The notes beneath the pieces were generated by a model. It saw only the letters and a program-made list of their open reading frames with translations, was not told where the DNA came from and searched no databases. A stretch of 64,000 nt of DNA from Raillietiella orientalis. Lineage: Eukaryota. The position numbers were made by a program, and so were the translations under genes. Every line of letters starts with the position of its first letter. The first letter of the stretch is position 1. The stretch is taken from NCBI GenBank assembly GCA_036172245.1, contig JAYWIR010000007.1, forward strand, positions 2,790,001 through 2,854,000, written 5' to 3'. Of this stretch, positions 51,301 through 64,000 are shown piece by piece.

Positions 51301-52599
51301 CGATCTACCGGAAGTTTGGAGCCAGCATCCCATTTTCCAAACACCTAAAAATTGGAGTGTCGATTTTCGCTATTGACCTCCCGGAAATTTCGTAGGGGCA
51401 CACTACATTAGTAGTTTAACAGTGACCTAAAAGAAACTCGTCAAAAGACTGGGGGGGATCTTGGAATTTCAATTCTTTTTTCGCACGTCCATAGAATAGA
51501 ACTTCAGGCATTCGCATTGCATTCTAACACGGGCGTTCGTTAGAATTTCGGCGACATGTAGAATAGGAAACAAAATTAAAATGGAAATCAGATTCTCGAT
51601 ACTCTCTCCACGCAAGAAAAGGAATGCATGCATGGCTCTGGCATATCCCTAATGTGCATTTGAATTACATATCAAGTCGAGCTATGTAGGATCAGTTTTC
51701 ACATGTAACTTTTGGTGCCCGAGTGCTTTTGCGGCACTCGAAGAACCGTTTCCAACCGGATTCGCGCTTTCATCTCAGAACGGAACAGTGCCAAGAGAAT
51801 GCTACATGTCTGAAGTGTCAAAAACACACTGAGACTGATAAAAACCCAAGATAAGTCTTAAGAAATGTTTTCTTTTTGATTTCATAGGGAAATCATAAGA
51901 GCTATGAAGTTGACTCACGTTTGTAAAGAGCACGTATAAAAAAAGCCTTAATAACGGTGCTCCTCGCCTTCTACAGAAATCTCACTTTATTCTGAAAATT
52001 TGAATCAAGAGACCAAAAGAAAGAGGAAACTATTCTTTGCAATCCGAAAGGAGAGGAGAGGAAAGGAAAACGCTGCCCTGAAGGCTGTTATCATCATGAG
52101 TATTTTTCCTAGCAACGTCTGTCCAATCCGGAAATCTAGCGAACTCTGACGATCCAACATATGGGAGTAATACATACGAAATAGTTCGCTTCCAGAATGA
52201 ATCTGCAAATCCCAGCGCCTCCGCGGGAACCAAATGTTTTTAGGTAATTATCCCTTGAGTTCAATTGGTTCTGGCGAGGTCCTCCTCGGAGTTTCCAATG
52301 GTTTCAGGTAGATTATCTCGAGTCTTTCCTTTTCACATCTCCAACACGGCAGATGAACTCATTTCGCATCTGTTCCTAAATTAGACCCTGCTTTCAGTGC
52401 TGCTAAATACCCGAACTTCTTTCTTCGCGTTCCTTCTGGTGGCTAAACGACTTTGGACACCGGAAGGGGATTCGAAAGCTCGGAAATTTTTCTCGTCGAG
52501 CCGGGGTAATCAGATGCTGTACGGAACTCATGATGCCATCCTTCGCCCTAGACAATTCTGACGCATTTTTGCAGGCAAAATTATTGGTCCATAGGAAAA

Positions 52600-53320
52600 T
52601 CCATCTGCTAGGAAAGCAACTGACTTTCCTCTTCCACACTTGGGCGAATTTTCGACGTAGGAAGGCATTGATGATGATGACAAATTCTTCCCAACGATCG
52701 CACTCTTACGAACAGTGAGAAAGGTAAGCCCGGTTTCCGAAGAGGACCTCTTTACGTGAAAGAGTGCAGTTTTTATCAATGGGACGACAGCATAACAGCC
52801 GAGTTCACCAAAAAGTGAAACCCACCGTAGTTGACCTTTCAGCGTGGCGAACAACAGCGCCCCTCACGCCACACACGAATGACTTTCCTTACCATTTCTG
52901 TGGCTAATCTTACGTGCGTGCTCATCCCAAGTGCTAAAGGGACTGAGAGAAATCCAGACTGCCTCTTCCCGTGGTAGTTTCACAATAACACATGCTGTAA
53001 GTGAGCAGCGAATCAAATACCACTGGGAATACTTACCCAGCCGTAAATAGAAAGAAACTCGAGTGTATTTTGAATTCTTCACGAAAGTACCTAAACTGAA
53101 GCAAAGTACGCGTGGCTTCCATTGACAAACTTCCGTATGCATGCGGCGCCTCAAATCAGCCACGAACTGCGAAATCGGGATCGGCAACAGCAGTGGCCAA
53201 TGCCAGTGGCTCCGTTCCCTTGCTTCATTTAAACTCAAGGAAGCCGCTTGGAAATACGCCTGAGACGGACGACCACAGTGTTCATGACTTCTCGCTCCCA
53301 TCTTGAACACAGATGAAGTT
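52600..53320 (+). mobile_element. Possible L1/Tx1-like RT and zf-RVT remnant
   Basis: D..KA.D (~52655, cf. DxxKAFD), SAVFING (cf. SxVxVNG) and GNTPETDDH (cf. CxxxETxxH) occur in order. Confidence 0.35.
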
Positions 53321-54049
53321 GTGATTTCTCCAGCTATTGCAAGATACGAGTTGTGCATTTGTCTACTAATTATGTAACAAGGAAACCAAGGATGATAGTA
53401 GTACTGCGTGATGCTGCACATCTTTCTTAATTCCTGATGAGAAGGTTGCAAGGTAATAATAGAGGGATGAGGTAAAAACAAACATCAAAATGGCTAAATG
53501 ATGAAGAGAAGGATCATTGTAAAAGTAATGGCGGATGCTACAAAAGTATCGACTAATACGCTTAGGAATGAAAAGTAAGCGGGTACTTTCTTGAGGGGCA
53601 AAACAAAATTGAATGGATACCACGAGAGAAGTGGTCCAGACCTTAAAGTCACCATGGTTGAATGCACCATGACACGAGTTGATTTGGTGGGAATAGGTTA
53701 GATCCTTTCTCCCTCCTTAAGATGCTGCTTTTAAAGAGAAAAGGTAAGTTCCCAATAGTGGCCGCCTGAAGGGTCCGTTCGGTTTGTATCGCAACCATGT
53801 ACATGTACAACCTAATAAAGGGAAGATGACTCCTATTCTATTAGAGTAATGTGCGTAAATTCTCCTGAGCATAATTTTTCCTCTTCACTGTCTCGAGCAC
53901 GTGACTGAGGTCAACACATGAGGAAAAAAACACCTTTCTTAATAGAGAGGAAAAGCGAACAACTTAGGTGTAGAACCTATAGATCCTGCAAGAATCTCCC
54001 TGGAACTGATTGCAAGAGTTCTTTTGTAAGTCTTTAGAGGATTTGTAGC

Positions 54050-54270
54050 ACTAAGCATGTTAGGTATTGGATGAGCTGGCACTCTAGTGATGGAAGAGTC
54101 GATGCTGAACCTCATGCCTCAGCTGGCAAGCAGATTTTCGTGTCTTTCCATTCCAAGCATTCAGTTTGGTTTAGGTGTGGTTCCGTGGGATGGATACTCC
54201 TCCAGCAACGTAACGCTGAAACCTCTTGTGATCAAACCAGCATCTCCGGATCCGTCGATTCCAAATTAAT
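54050..54270 (+). mobile_element. Possible hAT C-terminal dimerisation-domain remnant
   Basis: RYW followed by MPQLASRFSCLSIPS (cf. LxYW...PxLAxxxLSIPxTS). Confidence 0.3.
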
Positions 54271-55177
54271 ACGCTTCCTTAGTTCAATGTTCCAAGTTGG
54301 GGCCAAAAAGAGGGTGACTGCTGTTTCAAGCTGCTCCTTCAGTGATCAAATTATTCAGGCTACTTAATCACTCATTAATTCACGCTGTGCTGTGTCCATT
54401 AACGCATGCAAAGGTGCATTTCGGGTTTCTAAAACACCGCAGAAGAATGCAGATGAGTAATGCGGGCTCGTAGATTTCACCCTTAAGATAGGGAAAGACG
54501 AAATGCTGAAATTGGGCAGCTAAGTACAGAAAAAAAGTAAAGGAAAAGAGAACAGAAGAGAGAATAGGAATATGAAGGTATCATTTTGCTGAGACCTATG
54601 CAAGATGGCTCTCTACCTTTGCCTATGCAGGTACCACGCCTGGTATTGCGTGAGAATCCTTCCGTCCTTATGAAAATAAAGAGAAATTTCTCATGCCATG
54701 AGTTTTTGCAGCCTGACAGAGAACCTGAAGGCAAAACTCCTACGCCTCCAATACCTATTCAGAGGCATTTGCTTTCATGGGTGTGTCTCTAAAATGAGCT
54801 TTAAGGAGTCTTTTTCCAAGAGTGTTCGTTGTTCGTACACTAATTGTCTTTTAAAAATTTCAAGAACTCATACGTTGAATTAGTCACGTCTCTTGCAGCT
54901 GCTTTCTCTGAAGGAAAAAGCAAGGCAACATAACAGCTTTTCACGGATGCATCCAGATACTGAAGATGTTCGAAATAAATACTTTTGAAAGTGCATTTCT
55001 ACAAATACTTGGCCATTCAAATTCCTTGTGTTAGAGCTACCGTGTGTTTTTCCCTTGACCACAGATTTCGGTTACTTAACGTATCCCGAGTTCTAAGTAC
55101 CTTAATCAAACCTCATTCTATAGTATTCCAGTGAGAAATCTCGAAGAAATAAATTTCACGATGTTCTTGCTGTTTAT

Positions 55178-56029
55178 TTTATTTTATTTTTTTTTAAGGC
55201 CAGTAGCGACCTTACGATCGTTACTATTGGCCTAGGATGATGGAGATCCTTCTTTTCCGTCTTCGCAGTTTCTCGACAGGGTTCCACGCCATCCGAGGGT
55301 GGGTAATTCTTCAAGATAGGGGGTATCCTGGGAGGGGTCCACCCTATGAATCCAGGAAGGACTCGGAGTCCATTCCTCTCACGCCTGGGGAGGGATCAAC
55401 GGAAATGGAGATCACCTCCACCCTGGTTGTCTCCGAAGAGGAACCCTGAAGGAAATCTCTTGCCTTATTCTCTTCGGAACAGTCTCCGAAGGGTCCTCTT
55501 CATCCTTTCTTCTCTGAAGGGAACCCGGAAAGGATCCGATCCTGGAATTTCTTCTCCGGAGGGATCTACCTGCAAGGGATCCGCTCCTGTTTTTACATCT
55601 CTGGAGAGAACCCAGAAGGAACGCTTCCGAAATTCAGAAGGACGCAGCTTCCCTAAGTTCGCGTCTCTGCACTCTCTGAGAGGTGGTGACGACACACTTA
55701 CTCTATCAGTTCGACATGGAGGGGTTCACCCCCGCAATGAGGGTTAGCTCCTTCACAACCGGAGGGAAGCTCCCACTCCTTGATTCCTGGAAGGACCCGG
55801 AGGTCGACTCCCCTTTGTCCCGGCCCTCATCGGCGGCATGCGGTTTCAACCGCTACCAGTGCCTCACCCGGATGAATGTAGGCCAACCAGCGTCATCTTG
55901 TGGGGTGAACTCGGAACCTACGACGCACTGCGTCGATTCCTTTCGGAGTATTCGAACCCACGACGCATGGTGCCACGCGCGGAGACCACCGTAACCACAC
56001 GGCCTCGGACGCGAGCTGTGTGGTTTCGG
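55178..56029 (-). mobile_element. tRNA-derived SINE family, copy B (full length, with TSD)
   Basis: Minus-strand head GGCCGTGTGGTTACGG...GGTTCGAATAC (~56004-55947). Body is colinear with copy A. Terminal stem-loop at 55197-55233, then a poly(A)/(TAAAA)n tail. Perfect 15-bp direct repeat GTTCTTGCTGTTTAT at 55163-55177 and 56030-56044. Confidence 0.9.
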
Positions 56030-57699
56030 GTTCTTGCTGTTTATCGTGTTGCTGAAGTTCTTTGATGAAGGTGACAAGGCAGTTCATTTTTTTCGGCTGC
56101 TTATTAATTGTACAAGAGTCTCCGTTAATTTTTAAATTTCAGTTGGATCGTAGCACATGGATTGCCTGAGAGGCAAAACCAAAATGATAAAGCGGGGTTT
56201 AACACAGGCAGGCATCTTTATAAAAAGGTGGCTTTGAGTTTGGCAAGAGTGGAAGATGGGAACTAAACACCAATGGCCTGAGCTCTTAAGATAGACTTTC
56301 GTGGAAGGTGCTCCGATTGAAAACAGACTTTGAAACAACAAAATTCCCCACGCAGAGTTTGACCACGTTCCTTAGCACGTGGTCTCTTTTTTTTTTTCTA
56401 GTGCTTTCGTTAGAGGCAAAAGTTCATTGCCAGCTCGGGTGGGTATGGTGATAACTTTCGGCTCAGACTACTGAATTTCCTCCTTTGCTACTGCTACACA
56501 CGCGTTCCTCAACGTTTTAGATGCTAGATAGGGTTGCCATGCACTCCGCGAACCTTGTTGGTAGCTCGTCTGCATTCGTCTTCTCTACACGGGATAAAGG
56601 TTGCATTTTGTCCTGGAATTTGAAAACAGGAGATGAATTCCTATCGCTTGTGACAACAGAGAAGTGCAAACACACTGACACACAGCCATGATGGAAGCGT
56701 CTCGGAACGTTCTTAAAGCTTCCTGAAAAGACTTCAGCAAAATCTCCTGCAAGGGAAGCATCGGCGGCGCTTTCGAGATATAACTAATCGCTTTCCACAT
56801 ATGCAGGGCAATCGATGATAAAGCCGTGCCTGCTTCTGGCATTAGGATTTGATTGTTCCCAGAGTTATCGCTGCCGGAATTCCAAGCGCATGCAACCTTT
56901 CTCACCTCTCAATCGAAGAAAATTAGCTCGGAGTCCTGATCCATTCATCTCTGCTCCCGATGCCAGTCACACCTCGCAGTGCTTCAGAAAAGGTAAAATA
57001 AAATATCGGGTGCAAGCAGAAGAGACCGGCGATGACGCTTCCAGCAGTCATTATTCGCGTCGCGTAAGACATCCGAGTCAGGAGCGGATATTCCTCGACC
57101 GTGGACTTCCTCTCTTCTTAGGCGTGTTTTAGGGATGTCTTCCTAAGTAAATGGCTCGATGCAGCCCGCTTTCGGAACACGAAGTCTGAGACTTGCGTCT
57201 CGCGGTTCGCCTCATTGGTCTCATGCCAGAAAAAAAAAGAGGAAAGGAAGGTTCCGCGTTTTCTTGTTTGGAAGTGAAATCTGATATCTGATGGGATCCC
57301 CCTGTAGGCACACCGTCTTCGCGAGTTTGTTGATGACTGGTTCTTCTGTCACACTATGAGGAGCATTTCGATTTACGAAACGGATAACGTGGCGTAAACA
57401 ACTTCGTCGCTCGTGGGCTCGTTCCCTGACATTCCTTCTCCATCCCACCAGGCTCGGAAACGAGAACGGAGAGAACCCTGATCACTTGAGAGTAAGTGGG
57501 ATTACCAAGATAAAGTCAAGGAATGGAATACAGCGGCTCTTCGAGAGAGCAATGCAAGCAATGCACTTGGCACTGTTTTCTGTGATCAGAAACTCGTGAG
57601 CAAAGCAAAGGCAGAAGTTCAGGGATTCTACTGTTGCCCATTCGCCGGTCAGGCATCTGTCAACGGGATTCTGAGTTACCTATGAAGGTTCTACTGAGT

Positions 57700-58250
57700 A
57701 AACATCCGTGGAAACGGTCTCCGCGCGTGGCACCAGGCGTTGCGAGTTCGAATCCCCACCTGGAAGATCGACGTGGAGAATTAGGTGCGGCACTGGTGAA
57801 ACCCGGAAACCACCGTTGACTGGCCGGGATTGTCTCTCTGGGGTTCTTACGGGAATCAAAAAGCTGGTTTCCTTTGAGGTTTCCCTGCAATTGCGAAAAT
57901 GGAGCCGTCCCCACCCTCTGGAGGGACTCTCCATCGCGTATTATGGAGCTGGTTGATACCCCCCTCAGGAGTTGCCTCTCCAGAGTGTAAGTAGCGCCCT
58001 TCAGAGAAACCGGGAAGCGTCCCTTCGGAGCTCTCTTCAGAGGGGTAACAAGGAGCGGTTCCCTTGAGGGTTCCCTCATAAGATGAAGGAGCGGCTCCTT
58101 TCCGGGTTCCCCTCGGAAGAACAAAGGATGAGGAATGGTCTCCTCCGGTGGGTCCCTCCGGAGAGAATGAGGAAAAGGTTTACTCCTGGGGTTCCTTCCC
58201 AGGAGTAAGAGGAACGAAATCATTCCTCCGGAGCCTTCCTGGATCCAAAA
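57700..58250 (+). mobile_element. tRNA-derived SINE family, copy E (diverged, 3' end altered)
   Basis: Head GGTCTCCGCGCGTGGCACC...GAGTTCGAATCC (57744-57755). The body at 58010-58180 closely matches 14525-14702 (GGAAGCGTCCCTTCGG, GGAGCGGTTCCCTTG.GGGTTCCCT, TCCCTCCGGAGAGAATGAGGAA). Confidence 0.75.
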
Positions 58251-61200
58251 ACCTGGAAACGTGGTGAACCGGAAACGTGATGAACGGGGTTTCCTCCAGT
58301 TCACCTCGTTTCCGGTCTGACTGCAGTTCCCCTGCAACCAAAAGGACATGTGAAAGTGCCATAGGATCTTCGCCAAGTTGAAAGGGTGCTTCAAGGGGCG
58401 TTCAACGTTTATCCTCGTTCCCAGGAACTGCTGAGCAAGATGTCTTGTGCGTCCTTCAACGTAGTGAGTGGTCTCGTGTTCTCGTGTTCTCGTGTCCAGT
58501 TTCAGACCTCGTACTTTTTCTGCTTTCTGAATGCGCAGCTGAGTAGGTCGTTGCTGACCCCAAGCCATCTCTCGGCTGCTCCGCAATTGGCTTCTCCGCG
58601 CGTCCCGCATGGTGCTGGTTTCGTAACCTTGGAGATGACAGGCTTTCCTTGCTCACATCGAAAATGTTCCGTTATGGTCTCCGACAGAAATGTTTGGATT
58701 ACGAGAGCTGGGCAATATCATTTCATCTCAACATCGTCTCTCTCATTCACTTCTGAACGATGGATCTCTGAACCAAACCACACGCTTTCATTCGGAGCGC
58801 TCACTACGCTTCCTTACTACTCTTTCTTACTATAGTTTACTTTTACAATTCTCAGGGTAGCACTGTAAACGGAGTGTCGTTAGTTTCCGTGGTTTTAGGG
58901 AGTCGAGAGCTTCCTTACCCACAATCTCTGCACCCTCTGTGCGATACATTTTTCATTACATGCAACGCGGCAGCGTCTTTTCTTCCGTAAACAAAAGCTG
59001 ATGACATTTGGAGGACACGTAAATGCTAAAAAATTGGGTGAAAAATTTCGAATTTCGAAAGATGCCAGAGCTATGGATCACGCTTCGTGATGCCTTTTAT
59101 AAGGGACTGTCAGGTAATCGGAAATCTCATAAGCGCAAGTGATTGCTGGTGATTGCATGGGAAGAGTCGGGATGCATGGAGGACGAAGTCATTCCTCAGA
59201 TTACTGTTTGAGGACTTTGCGTTCCTCCCCCCGCGAAAGGAGAATTTCAACTGAAATCACCCTTTATTTCCTCATGACAGATTTCAGGCACACGTCCATT
59301 CCTCGGACTCACAGTTGCCTAAGGAAAAGGTGCGTTGAGGGTGATCATGGAGCGCGAACGCTGTCTCGTCGTTGGGAAGGCTGCTTTTATCGCGCGCAAT
59401 GGGCTATGAATGCATTATCTATCGAAATTCTGAGATACGCAAGAGCGTATCTGAACAGCAGCAGATTGCAGGTTGATAAGATGCTAACTCTTCCAAGTTG
59501 GGAGCATCTACTTCTCTCTAGTTTCAATGGAAGCCGAGGGACGCAAGCGAGTATAAAGCCTGCATTCTTACTCAAAAAACAAAAACAAATTGCAAAGGAT
59601 TTCAGTGGTGGCCAGCAAAGTGTGGAGGAAGGTTATCTTTTCGGATCTCTCGGATAAGAGAGTGCTTGCTGGCTTCTCTGGAAAGTTAGTCGTCTAAAAT
59701 GACGCCGAGTTTCGTGAAAGCTGCTAGATCTTAACTCTCATTCGTTTCTGGACAGCTCTTCCCGTTTCTTAGGTTTTCCATGCTTCTGTGTTCACTGTGG
59801 CAGCAGTTCCCGCTTCCCAAACACTTCCTTCCCAAACACCCAAACAATAAGGAAAAAGACACTTTTCACACGATCATTTTTTTTTCAAATAGCATCCTCA
59901 CCACCATTAAAGAAGGTCGTTTTCACGCGGAGTGAAGGATGCTACAAGATGCTACAAGACAATCCTGGAGAGCGAAAACGACCAGACAGGTCAGCGCGGT
60001 TCGGTATGCCCCAAATTCTCCAAAACGCATTTACTTGATCTAGCAAGGTACAGGACATTCTAGAAATCAATTACGGGATGCTCTTTCCATTTCAATGGAT
60101 AAACAGGGACAGTTCCTGATTTTTTTATCATCTGATCCCTTGACCTTTTCGTGCAAGCTGCATGCTACGCGGCCCTCTGCTATCAAGGCCTTATCCGTTC
60201 TTATTTTTTATCCGAAGATTGGTGCACATCTTGGAAGCGCGAAAGAATTTTACGAATGCTGCTTTACTGAAATGCAGTGAATTGCTGTCCTCTTTTTAAA
60301 AGTAGGCAGTTCCAACCTCCTGTTTGCATGAAAGAAACCTTTATGCAAACAGCTTCTGTCTTTCCATCTCTAAAGTAGTTCGTGCATCCTCAAGTTCTAC
60401 TCTTGGAGCTGAGACCAGTCTACAGAAGAACAACAGTTTTTGTGCAGATTTTAGCATTTCCATGCTTTGCATCCTTTCTGGATGAATCCTTTCGTAGCCC
60501 TATCTTGAGCAGCTTATTCTTCGAGCTGGTCTTCGCTCGAGGTTGGGGAAAGGCTGAGGCTTAACTTGGCAGAGACGATGCTCACCTGAGGGATGGAAGG
60601 AAACTGCCGAGTTCACGAGTAAACAGAGACTGAACTCTTGTATTGCTTAAGAGATCCAGATCCCGAAGCTCCTGCGGTCTTCAGGGGTTTGAAAGCATGG
60701 CATTTGAGATGAAGAAGCCAAGCAAGGGAACAAAGATCGACATTTGACACTAAAAAGCCAATGCTCTGTGCCTGAGACTTCCAATCCTTCGCATATTGTA
60801 GATTGGTTCTCTATCCATTCAGATGAAGAGAGAGAAATTCGAATGGCTAGTGTCCCGGGAATTTGAGAAGAGCTGGACATTCCGCGGATAACATCTAAGT
60901 AGCAGACTGATTTTGAACTCTCCATTTAGGTGATCTCCTGCGTATATTCAAGCACGAGAAGAGGGTCTCCCGAAGGCGGTTTCCACGAGATCGGATTTCG
61001 GTAGACTGAAACGAAAGGCTTCATAGAGGAGACATCTATCAGGCAAAATCGAAAATGGTACCTACGTGAAGACAGTCAGACCAGGGGCCAAAAGCTACCG
61101 TCGCCACAGTCGACCCGCTGCAGATTCCGCCCTTTGGACCTGCCCTTGACATCCCTTCGAGGCACGCGCTGCTCCAGCTGCTTTACCTGCGGAAAACTTC

Positions 61201-64000
61201 ATCGATCGGGAAACATTCCCTGGGATGCAGTCTATGAGTAAACAAATTTCTGCGGAGTCCTCCTCCCCGAGTACTTTTTTCCGTTTTCCCCTGAAGCACA
61301 AAAAAGGAAAAAAAAATGAAACTTTACGATGCTCCAATTTTGACCCAGAAGATGCGAGTGGCTGCGACCTGAGTGGGTGTTGAGTGACGCCGGGTGCCAC
61401 TGTGGTATAGAATTTTATGAGTGATCCGATGAAATTTTCATTAGGATGGTAAAAGTAAACATAAAACAATGACACTCGAGATGAGATTGCATCTCCTCCA
61501 GGATGCAACACGCTCCAGATATCCGCATGAATTATTCCTGAGCTCTGCTTAGCATTCTTCGGCAATTGAAGATGATCTCCGCCGAAGCTGGCGTCACATG
61601 AGAGAGATGGGTTCTTGCTGGAATCTGATTCCGCTTTTGCACTTCCTGAAAGACATCTCCGAGGGCGAGCGCGGTGCGGCGACGAAAGGGACATTGCCGA
61701 GTCTCTGGAAGATCCGTTTCGTGTTCCTTCCCTCCCTCTTTTCCCCCTTCCGTCAGCAGTGTCGGACGCGAGGGTCTCTTCTCCCTAAGTCCCTTTCAGT
61801 TTGCCGCATGGCGCTTGGCAGGTATTTGAGGACAGGCGGAAAGTTGTGAGCTTTTCAGGTTCGCCCGCCAGAGCATTCATGGCGCCACCAGCCTCTCTGA
61901 TCCGAGATGGGGTGGAGTGACAGCCTGTGGAGAGCCGATTCGACGGAGATTCCTTCACCTGGAATCCTCTCGAACGGGAAGAAAACGTGATCCTTCGATT
62001 GGAGATGAAGGATGCAGCCGTCTCCATCTTACAGGCGACCCCCAGCATGAAGATAAACCGCCAGGATGGCAAGTCTTTCCGCTATCCTCGACGCCCCTGA
62101 GACCGGCGCCGGACGGGCAAGCCACTGCGCGGAGGCTCCTTGCTGACGCCCAAGATGGGAACTCCTCCCGCCTGAAATGGCTGCTGACGCAATCCAGCTA
62201 TCCAGCATCCTCCAGTGGCCTCCTGGAGATCATGTTTCCCTTACAAAGTTCTCGCCTTGGCAGCCTGCTCGAAATCCTGGCTTGGCGCATGGTCAGAGCT
62301 GTGGGAAAAGAGACTGCGCAGTTTCACTCATCGGATCAACAAGGAAGTCATGTCCTCACGGCAGGAAGCAACCACGAAGAGGTCCCTTGGCTCTCCTGGT
62401 AGACCCTCAGGGAAAATGAAACGAGAGCTTCACTGCTACTATCTGTAAGAACAGGAGATGCTTGGGATGGTGAATGACTCTTTATCATCTGAATCTCTAT
62501 AAGGATCACAGACCTTCTCAGCCCTTCTCGTCCTAGAATTCCCGGAACTTTATTCAAAGTAAACAAAATGAATAAATTTTGCATAGTAAGGAAGGGAATG
62601 ACATTTGCCGGCCGGAAACGAAAGGAGATGAAACCTCTCTGGATCCAGAAGGAGAAACAAATTGGAGGAAGGCAGGGATGACAAATAAATGAAGAGAAGT
62701 GCAATGAACCGGCTCCACGGTGGTAAACATGATTTTGGAAAAGAGACAAAAAGAGGTCCTGGGGTGCGTTCACCGGTTGTGATCTGCTTTACCCACAGTA
62801 GATCAGATCTTCCTCCCTGAATCTGAATCTTACTTCGGCTTTACACCCTAGAATGGACTGTTTCGATGCTCTGCGCATGCAGTCTAGAAGACTGATGATG
62901 GCGCCCCGGTATGGCAGCCAGAATCCTGTTCCCGGAGAGCACCGCTGTCCTCTCGCGGCAGATGACCACCAGAGAGAAAAAAACAGTGAGCTCGGGGGAG
63001 CAGATTGGTCTTCATGTCTGAAATTCAAGGAGGGTTCTCAGATCCGCGTCGGATCAGCGACCAAGCAAAAGAATTTCCGCCGAGTTGACTTCTGCTACGG
63101 AGCATGAATACACACGTAACTCGGTGGCACAGCCCAGAGGCTCAGGGACGCTTATTTCTCCCTCCTCGTTCTTCACTTTGTTCTCTTCCTCCTTCTTTTC
63201 TGGTAACTTCCTTCCGTTTGTTTGATCTGGTTCCACCTGGAACTTTCGAGGTCACCGCGAGTTTCCCATCCTTTCCACATTTCTCTCTTGAGCTCTTCCG
63301 TGTCTGCTCTCGCACTAAACCTCTATCGTCTGTCTCCTTCTGTCTATAACATCCTTGCTGAGGCTCTCCTTTCCTGCAGATTTCTAAGGGAGTCCCACCT
63401 TGTCCAAAATGAGGGACGTTCGACGGTGACATTTTCGACTATGAAGATCCTCCATCCTTCCTATTTCAATTTTCCCGTAATTTTTTCATGCCTCTCTCCT
63501 TTGCTTTTCATTCCTGCGTCCGAGAAACATCACTTCTCTTTCCACGGTGGACCACTTGGGTGACGAGGTTCCTGTCGCGTTCACCACGTCCGTGTGGAGC
63601 GCCCCGATCGGCTAACGGGAAGCTCTCGACTCTCCTGGAAGAGAGAGAGCCGAGAGAAACGCAGCATCGGGAAGCTCAGACAGAAAGAATGCTGTTGGTT
63701 TTCTCCGGGTGCCTGAGGCGTGTTCCATGTTTCCCGGAGTCAGCGCCGGGGCGGTCGTGGTGCAGCAGACTCGACACGAGCCGATGCAGCAAAGGAAGAA
63801 CTTGTGGAGCACTCCCTATGCAGACATTTCCTGGAGCTGGTTCCATGACTACTTGCCATCTTCTCTGTCTTCGAAGGAAACTTCTTAGCATCTCTTTTTT
63901 TTCCTATCAGGGACTTTTGTGAAGTGCTAGGCATCCATCCGTGAGGCATGCTTCCCCCATCCTTGGATGGGACACCAGGAAACGACTTGCTTGCGTCGTT

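Noticed and set aside
52864..53481. 205-aa ORF as a gene
   Set aside because: No domain resemblance; it is antisense to a probable LINE relic.
55683..55994. Cys/His-rich ORF suggesting R2-type zinc fingers
   Set aside because: It is the antisense translation of the tRNA-like SINE head, and the frame is not conserved between copies.
57660..58610. 316-aa ORF as a gene
   Set aside because: Mostly antisense to GC-rich SINE copy E. The same frame is broken in other copies and no domain is recognisable.
1..64000. flamenco-like unistrand piRNA cluster
   Set aside because: The TE relics occur on both strands in similar numbers and are old and degraded, so there is no convincing strand bias.

Overview
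Eukaryotic, invertebrate-like genomic DNA (arthropod-type TCAGT initiator; species cannot be determined from the sequence). Only one convincing host gene is present: an intronless large-Maf bZIP transcription factor (traffic jam/MafB-like, 46889-47986, minus strand). It has a TATA+Inr core promoter, a uORF-rich 5' leader and a GC/CpG-rich upstream region. The rest is largely decayed transposons, recognised only from degenerate, frameshifted motif order: Gypsy and BEL/Pao LTR elements, L1/Tx1-like and I/Jockey-like LINEs, a NeSL/Utopia-like RLE element and hAT transposases. The most striking other feature is a long (~850 bp) tRNA-derived SINE-like family with six copies in the window. Two copies are full length with 15-16 bp target-site duplications. 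The element has a body of ~45-nt subrepeats and a 3' stem-loop that also occurs at the end of a neighbouring LINE remnant. Nearly all other ORFs in the supplied track look spurious. TE remnant boundaries are approximate and were judged by eye, without database searches.
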